Positions 25,321-33,081 of a DNA stretch of 33,081 nt are shown here, piece by piece; position 1 is the first letter of the stretch; each line of letters begins with the position of its first letter. The notes under the pieces were generated by a model that saw only the letters and a list, made by a program, of their open reading frames with translations, did no database searches and was not told the origin of the DNA. The DNA is from Tubiluchus corallicola (lineage: Eukaryota > Animalia > Priapulida): positions 1 to 33,081 of the forward strand of contig JAQGDQ010001597.1 in the NCBI GenBank assembly GCA_030141605.1, written 5' to 3'. Position numbers and translations under genes: made by a program.

Positions 25321-25562
25321 ACCACTTCCTATCGGAAGTAATAGGAAGAGAAGCTGCTGTTAATCAGGAAGCAGTTAGGGAGGATATTCGCCAGAGAGAC
25401 AGTACCTCTTCTCTGATAAGAACTGAACGTTTGACACCGACCGACCGTCACAAATGGTCAGAGTAAATGAAGCGGCTAACGCGGCAATGCGTTCGGCGGC
25501 AGATAACGCGTTGCGAAATTAATGATTGAGCAGGAAATCCGCACGGATTAGCAGGATTAGCT
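25321..25562. promoter_or_regulatory. Candidate intron-1 enhancer (ETS/GATA/Otx-type motif cluster)
   Basis: Five GGAA ETS cores, two WGATAA and two GGATTA within 240 bp of locally unique, GC-richer DNA. Function is inferred only. Confidence 0.45.
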
Positions 25563-25814
25563 TAAGAGAGAACTGATTCTTCAATCTGTAGACAATTCGT
25601 TAACCCGCGTAGAGTCAAAGGGATCATTTGTGCCCAACTGCCCAACCAGGTGGTTCAACCACGACAACAAGTTTTGCGTTTTCTCCCTCTTCTTTTTTCT
25701 CCATCTTGTTCTTCTTCTCCTCTTATTAATACGTTGAGCTGGCTCTTCTCAAACTGTATTTATGCAGAATTACATCAACTAGACAAAAAGTATTAGAAGA
25801 GTGTGGAAAAATCA

Positions 25815-26020
25815 ATGTAACGTAATGTAATGCAATGTAGCGTAATGATGTGTAGCGTAATGTAATATAATGTACTGTGATGTAATGTAACATAATGTAA
25901 GAATGAATGAAATCTAATGTAATGTAATGTAATGTAATGTAATGTAATGAAACTTATTGTGACGTATTGCATAGTAATGTAAGATAATGTATTGTTAAGC
26001 AATGTAATGTAATGTAAGAA
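25815..26020. repeat. Degenerate (TGTAA)n microsatellite
   Basis: Directly visible. Confidence 0.85.
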
Positions 26021-26301
26021 TGAATGAAATATACTGTAATTTAGCGATATGCGCAGTGTAACATAACAGCAGTATCTATTCAATGTGGATGTTGTGGCAG
26101 GGCCGGAACTTTGTTGATCATCAAGGCTAAGATGTCTTCATCTCTCCGTCACGTTCTGATATGACTACATCCTGCCTCAGAGGCAAACAGCCAGAATTAG
26201 AAGGAAGGATAAAACCCCCAGTATAAGTATTGAATCCATTCACTAACCAGCCTTGGTTTTACTTTTCGATCAATTTTCTATCTATTTTTCCTACTCGAAA
26301 T

Positions 26302-27262
<961 letters not shown>

Positions 27263-27790
27263 TATATATGTTATTTGTCTTATAAAAACTGAACATCACA
27301 AATGTTAATAATCAGGTACAGAGCTAACACACTACAAACACAGTGAACAATGACATTTGCAACGTACTGGTAATAAATGAATCATTTTATATTTACAACA
27401 TAAGCACGCATTTATATTAAAACATTTTGATTTTACAAGATTATAGGAGGGAGGGGAATATAATCACTCTGCATATAAATACTGTCGTTTTGGTATACAT
27501 CATATTCAGACATATTTTTTAAATTTTGTTTTAAAGTTAGATAAAGTAGTTGAATCTTGGTTGGCTTCACTCCAGACTTTCACACTGGCTTCATTCCAGA
27601 CTTTTCAACACGAATCCCTCTCATTCTCATCTTCGCTTGCATGAAACTACAGATTAATTACCAATTCTTTGCTGTCTGCTGCCTCTGATAGCTGCTAAGT
27701 CACTAATGCCCTCTGATGATGCAGATAATTCGGTCTAATGCATTTTTTCAAATGGACAATGGATATGGGTGATGCATCCAGCCTGACAAG
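27263..27790 (-). mobile_element. Degraded LINE 3' remnant
   Basis: Minus strand KVWSEANQDSTTLSNFKTKFKKYV* near 27507-27580; terminus ttatttgtcttataaaa resembles ttatttgtcattaaaa of families A/B. Confidence 0.55.
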
Positions 27791-27795
27791 TTTCG

Positions 27796-28153
27796 GGGCA
27801 ACACTGCAGTTTGGTTCAGGGCAACACGGCAGTTTGGTTCTGGGCAACATTGCAGTTTGATTCTGGGCAACACTGCAGTTTGGTTCAGGGCAACACTGCA
27901 GTTTCAACCAGGGCAACATTACAGTTTGATTCTGGGCAACACTGCAGTTTGGTTCAGGGCAACACTGCAATTTGATTCAGGGCAACACTGCAGTTTGGAT
28001 CAGGGCAACACGGCAGTTTGATTCAGGGCAACACTGCAGTTTCGATCAGGGTAACACTGCAGTTTAGTTTAGGTCAACACTGCAATTTGATTCAGGGCAA
28101 CACTGCAATTTCGATCAGGGCAACACTGCAGTTTGGTTCAAGGCAACACTACA
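27796..28153. repeat. Minisatellite, about 15.5 x 23 bp
   Basis: Consensus gggcaacactgcagtttggttca. Confidence 0.95.
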
Positions 28154-28154
28154 G

Positions 28155-28353
28155 CACCGCCACTACCGCCACTACCACCACCACCACCACCACCACCACC
28201 ACTACTACTACTACTACCACCTACCATCACCACCATAGGCGCTGCCTCTGCCGCCACCATCACTACCACTACCACCACCACCACCACAATCAACACCACC
28301 ATCACTACCACCACCACCACCAGCACCAACACCAGCACCAGCACCACCACCAC
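28155..28353. repeat. (CAC/TAC)n low-complexity tract
   Basis: Directly visible. Confidence 0.9.
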
Positions 28354-28531
28354 AAAATGGCTGCGTCTAATGGTCATTGACAGAGTTTAAATTTACGTGT
28401 TTTATACAATGTATAGCGTTACTACTGGCGCAAGCCCTGTGTGCAAAAAGTCAATATGTCAATGGTATAAAATTTCAAGACGAATTTTTTTAAGCTTTGT
28501 GTAAATGGAGGGTTTTCTTGTGCTTTAAATA
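28354..28531 (+). repeat. Dispersed repeat family X fragment
   Basis: aaaatggctgcgtctaa...gagtttaaatttac...gggttttcttgtgcttt is the reverse complement of blocks in 17520-17695. Confidence 0.65.
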
Positions 28532-28789
28532 TTTTGAGTCAAACCCAATTGTGTTCCTGACATCATTGTTAACGATTTTACAAAGATACTGATATGTTAG
28601 ATAACACAAGACGATCAGAAGAAATCATGAACGATTCATGTGTTACCTCACGGCATGATTGCAAAGTTTCTCACGAAGTGTCTACGTGGTCTTGGTTGAG
28701 TTGACCAGACACTGTCGTATTCAGAAAACTGCACGCTTATACTGTGTCAGGAGAACGTGCAAAAATAAACGAGACGAGTTGTGATAGTT

Positions 28790-28860
28790 CAGTGGTTCCC
28801 AACCTTTTGTTGGGCGTCACCCCTTTCCAGAACCTTGCATCATATCGCGACCCCACGAAG
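28790..28860 (+). mobile_element. hAT (Charlie-like) left-end fragment
   Basis: CAGTGGTTCCCAACCTTT terminus followed by cgcgacccc; no right end found. Confidence 0.5.
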
Positions 28861-28907
28861 AACATATACACATGTTATACTATTACTCATCATTATATTA
28901 TCCCGAC

Positions 28908-28953
28908 CACCACCACCACGACGACGATAACAACAACAGTAACAGCAAAAACG

Positions 28954-29025
<72 letters not shown>

Positions 29026-29087
29026 GTAGCAGCAAAAACGACAACAACCAGAAAAACAACAACAACAACAGCAGCAGCAGCAGCAGC

Positions 29088-29152
<65 letters not shown>

Positions 29153-29170
29153 CCTGAGCAACAACAAGAA
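28908..29170. repeat. (CAA/CAG)n microsatellite
   Basis: Directly visible. Confidence 0.95.
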
Positions 29171-29793
29171 CAGCAATTACAAGTTTTATACAGCGTTACT
29201 GCTAACGCAAGCGCTGTGCACAATAAGAGAACGTGTATTATTATTATTTTTTATTATAATTCTTGATTTTTAAAAGCTATGTACAAAGTACGTTCTCTCT
29301 GTCTGTAAGGAACATAAGTAAGTAATATAAAATTTCAACAAGAATTGCTTTAGTTTTATGTAAAAGGGCTTTTGCCGTTAAACAATCTATATAATAGGAT
29401 AATAACAGTTAACTGTGCGTTAATCCACACAATTATCGATAGTTTTACACCGTATTAAAATATGTAATTACTTTTAATAACAAAAGCTGATATAATACCG
29501 CAGATTTGATGAAATTTTAGCAATTAGGGGTTTAAGAAATCTAGGTATTTGTTTTTTGTTTTATCCAGACTTATTTTGCGGCGCGTGAATTGGACTATAA
29601 TTTTAATTAGATTTACAGATTAGAGAATTTATGCGTTTTGATTTTACAGCAAAGGAAGTTAATAAGTACAAAGCCAGAAATTCGACATAAAACTTTAAAG
29701 AAGACCCGTGCCCAATCTTAAACTGTAGGTCAAAACAATATATTCTTCAACATATTGAAAGGAAACATACTATTTATTTCAAAAATGACTTAA

Positions 29794-30252
29794 CCCTTTC
29801 AGTCCCAAATTATTTTTTTAATGAGAAAAATTTTTTTGGCTTGGTAGTTTTGTTCAGTATGTCCGTCTTGTTTACACATAATAATTATTTTTTCTACCTG
29901 TGCCCGCGTGCTAAATATAGCCTGTATCCCACGGGATACATTGGGATTCAATGGAAGCATAAAATGTGCTTTATTTTGCAACTGCTGATAATTTTTTAAA
30001 GTATTTAAGACATTTAGTATGCATGCTATGTTGATCTGTACAAAGTCGTCTCTAAAGTACTGTACCTTGCACAGTTTTTTATGCTACGTAGATTTTCTAG
30101 TTTGCCATTTTATCACCATTTTTAGTCTATTGTCACTGGCTTAAATCAAAATAACTATTAACAGATCAAATAACTGTCAGTTTTAAAATTTTATTAATTT
30201 TAAAGGCAGAAAATATTCACATATCCCACAGGATACAACGGGTATGAAAGGG
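29794..30252 (+). mobile_element. piggyBac-like MITE, copy E
   Basis: TTAA at 29790-29793 and 30253-30256, CCCTTTCA/TGAAAGGG ends. Confidence 0.93.
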
Positions 30253-30734
30253 TTAAGAGAAAGAATTGCCAAAAATGACTTAAGAGAAAGAATTATTACC
30301 ACACAGACACAATTTCGCGCTCGCACCACTAGTTCTTTGCTCTTATTTCGCTATTCTTTAGTTAGATGGGCACTAGCGCCTGCATTTCAGAAACGCGTTG
30401 CACATAAAACAACTGCAGTACTTCTCAATTCAGATGTGTACATTTGTGACGAACTACACATGTTCGACAGTTCATGCGTGACCACAACGGTAAATTTGAA
30501 AATTGAATTTTTATCTTAAAACTTCGTTAGTTTTAGTACAACACACTGAACATCTCACAGTAGTACTGTACTTCAATTTTTGCTTTCGCAAACATGTACA
30601 ACGCACTCGTGGAATATTTTTGCTATTGAAAATAATGTTAGTTTGTGATGTCATCAATAGCTGGGCTCGCCAGCCGTTAATGAAGTTTTTAGTCTATTAT
30701 TTAATTATCAGAAACGCTTTTGCAGTATTACAAC

Positions 30735-30880
30735 CATCATTATCATCATCACTGTCCTGAGCGCCATTGTCATCATCACTATCGTCGTGATTGTCGTCAT
30801 CATTGTCGCTGTGATGATCGTCTTCATCAATATTGTTATCGTTGTCATCATAATCATCATCTTTACATGATTGTCGTCGC
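30735..30880. repeat. Degenerate (ATC/GTC)n tract
   Basis: Directly visible. Confidence 0.8.
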
Positions 30881-31271
30881 TGCCAGCCTATCGTCACGCG
30901 TCACTGTTTTCCTCATTAAATTTTTTGAGATTCAATAAGTAGTTGGCAAAAAGCCAAAAATTTTTAATAATTAACATAAATTATGCTCCATGCACGAATA
31001 CAGAACTATACTAACTGTACCAATCCTGTAACAATACACAATAAATAAATTTGCTTTGCTCAGCTTTTTTGAATGATCGATTGTTTGCGCCTGGAAATGT
31101 TTGTTCTGTAATCACTAATCAGTAAAACGCACAATATGAGGCAGCAGTGAAGATTTCGCCTATTAGTCCATAATCTCCATACTTTCATTGTACAGTATTC
31201 GATGGGAACCAGCAGAAACAAAAAAAATCAAAATTCCGGGGCAGTTTATTCCGGTTTGCCTGCATTTTAAA

Positions 31272-31525
31272 ACACAAGAAAGCACAAGGGCTTGCGTTCA
31301 CAGTAACGCTGTATAAAACTTGTAAATTTAAATTTCTGCGTTAGAAGCAGCCATTTTAGCTGTAAGATGTCTGAAACAAGTTGAAAAAACAATCAGAGCA
31401 TTCGTAGCACATTCTTCACTAAGCAAGCAAAACATTATATTACTTATATTGCCAATAAGAGCAATAATGTGTTTTTTAGTGAATCAGTGGTGCACACTGG
31501 GAAGGTGATGCAGTGCCGTTTTGCC
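31272..31525 (-). repeat. Dispersed repeat family X fragment
   Basis: cagtaacgctgtataaaac and aatcagagcattcgtagc are shared with 17630-17770. Confidence 0.65.
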
Positions 31526-31556
31526 AGGCAACGCGAATATGTTGAATTATGAAGAA

Positions 31557-31770
31557 AATCACTTAAACTGTTTGTGGTGTGTTAAAGAAAAGGACAAGTC
31601 ACTTGGCATGATGGGTTTATTTCACTTTAATCACTTAAACTGTTTGTGGTGTGCTAAAGAAAAGGACAAGTCACTTGGCATGATGGGTTTATTTCACTTT
31701 AATCACTTAAACTGTTTGTGGTGTGCTAAAGAAAAGGACAAGTCACTTGGCATGATGGGTTTATTTTACT
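31557..31770. repeat. Tandem triplication, 3 x 72 bp
   Basis: aatcacttaaactgtttgtgg at 31557, 31629 and 31701. Confidence 0.93.
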
Positions 31771-32313
31771 ATTAACACTTAAACTTAGAAAAATATAGCA
31801 AACAAATTTGCAAAAAAACTGCCTATAAACCTTAAAGTTGATTTATACTACCGATGTATAGAAATTCTCAGGAGGTGTGATAGCCGTTTGAAAATTATGA
31901 CGTATCTGGTGACGTGTGAGCGCAATTATGACGTATCTGGTGACGTGTGAGCGCATCCTGGTTTTTCGTAGGTAGGCGCGCGCCGGTTGAAACAATTCAA
32001 ATTTCTGCACTTTACTTACTTTTCAGGCAGACATATCACAAAATTAGCTGTTTATTTTTTCTTGTAAAAACCTCTTATGCCTTTGACACAAATTGACAGT
32101 TTGTGCTGTTTTCTTTCAGTCGATGAATGACGTCATTGGCGGAAGAATGGGTGTTCAAAATGGAAACGCCCAAGTGTGAAATAAATGCGACCGAAAATTG
32201 ATTTTACTAATCACATGGGGCACTCATACTCATTTTGTTACTAAATCTTTCTAACATTTTTTGCCAATATTGAGGTAAGCCTAACTTCCCCGAAGACTTG
32301 ACGTTTCCTTTAA
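31582..32313 (-). mobile_element. Kolobok/T2-like MITE, inverted copy with triplicated end
   Basis: ttaaagaaaaggacaagtcact ... gacttgacgtttcctttaa; internal gaatgacgtcattggcggaagaatggg is the reverse of the family core. Confidence 0.7.
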
Positions 32314-32351
32314 CTCGGAGTGCTAATAAGTGAGTAAACAAATCGGAGTGA

Positions 32352-32731
32352 TAAACAAATCAAGTCCCTATCAGCATTTACAACAAAATTAAAATCACTA
32401 ATATTAACCAGATATGAAATACCATCACACCAATACGACAACATACACACTAATTCAGAATTCATATATCCACGGCCATATTAATTATATCATAGTTTAT
32501 TTCATTTTTTGTGCGTAATTGTAAATATGTTTGATTTTATTCGTCGTTACTTTACTTTACTGCACAGTAGTTTAGATTGCGCTGACGCATTTGCCTTTAG
32601 CAGTGTAAGTTTTTATTAACTAACACTGATTGATCATCTCTGTAAAGTTTTTATCAGTGATTATCAATGTATTTTAATGGCAAATAAAGATTATATATAT
32701 ATATATATATATACATTATATATATATATAT
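32352..32731 (+). mobile_element. LINE family A 3' end
   Basis: Closely matches 18270-18622, with (TA)n tail. Confidence 0.88.
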
Positions 32732-33081
32732 AAGTTGTCAAAGTGATTGTAATTATTATTACAACTTGCACGTGTGAAACACCCACATGGTTTTAAAGTA
32801 TGATAATTAGTAACAAATTACTCGACATTTGCAGATGTCAGCCAACGTCCAACTCCGCAACACGTTGACGCACAATCTCTTAGTATGATGTAATTTGTTA
32901 ACCACGATGTAACTAAATCAACTGCTAGCATAATTCACCAGGATGTAACCGAATCAGCGGCCACCACATTTCAGCGTCATAATCTGCCGCCCGTCAAGCT
33001 AATAATCTAAACCTGGTGACAATATTGGCACGAATAATCTCGAATAAGCGACCATATTGGTATAAATAATCTCGAATAATC

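Noticed and set aside
28018-29273. Poly-T/H/P/N/C ORFs
   Set aside because: Trinucleotide repeats open in several frames; no splice or homology support.
30641-30665. Minus-strand PAIDDIT as the Hhex exon 1 eh1 motif
   Set aside because: Lacks the F/Y and L, is followed by a stop two codons later, and has no proline-rich context.

Overview
AT-rich, repeat-dense animal (bilaterian) genomic DNA; the species cannot be determined from the sequence. The only supportable protein-coding gene is Hhex/Hex (PRH) on the minus strand. Exon 2 is 18855-18671, exon 3 is 11863-11813, and terminal exon 4 is 2800 (or 2815)-2612. All visible splice sites are canonical GT/AG, at the same positions as in vertebrate HHEX. 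Exon 1 was not found and probably lies beyond 33081. The introns hold non-autonomous DNA transposons (five piggyBac-like TTAA MITEs, Kolobok/T2-like TTAA-AGG elements, hAT MITEs with 8-bp TSDs), 3' remnants of CR1/L2-group LINEs, long microsatellites, an interstitial (TTAGGG)n-like tract and several minisatellites. Most notable: (i) several tandem arrays are amplified transposon fragments, including a 6 x 141-bp array of a LINE RT motif just downstream of the Hhex stop codon; (ii) an ETS/GATA/Otx motif cluster in intron 1; (iii) inverted MITE copies bracketing the homeobox exons; (iv) a perfect 49-bp-arm hairpin. Coordinates were counted by hand and diffuse repeat edges are approximate. I found no direct evidence of a new multi-gene system.
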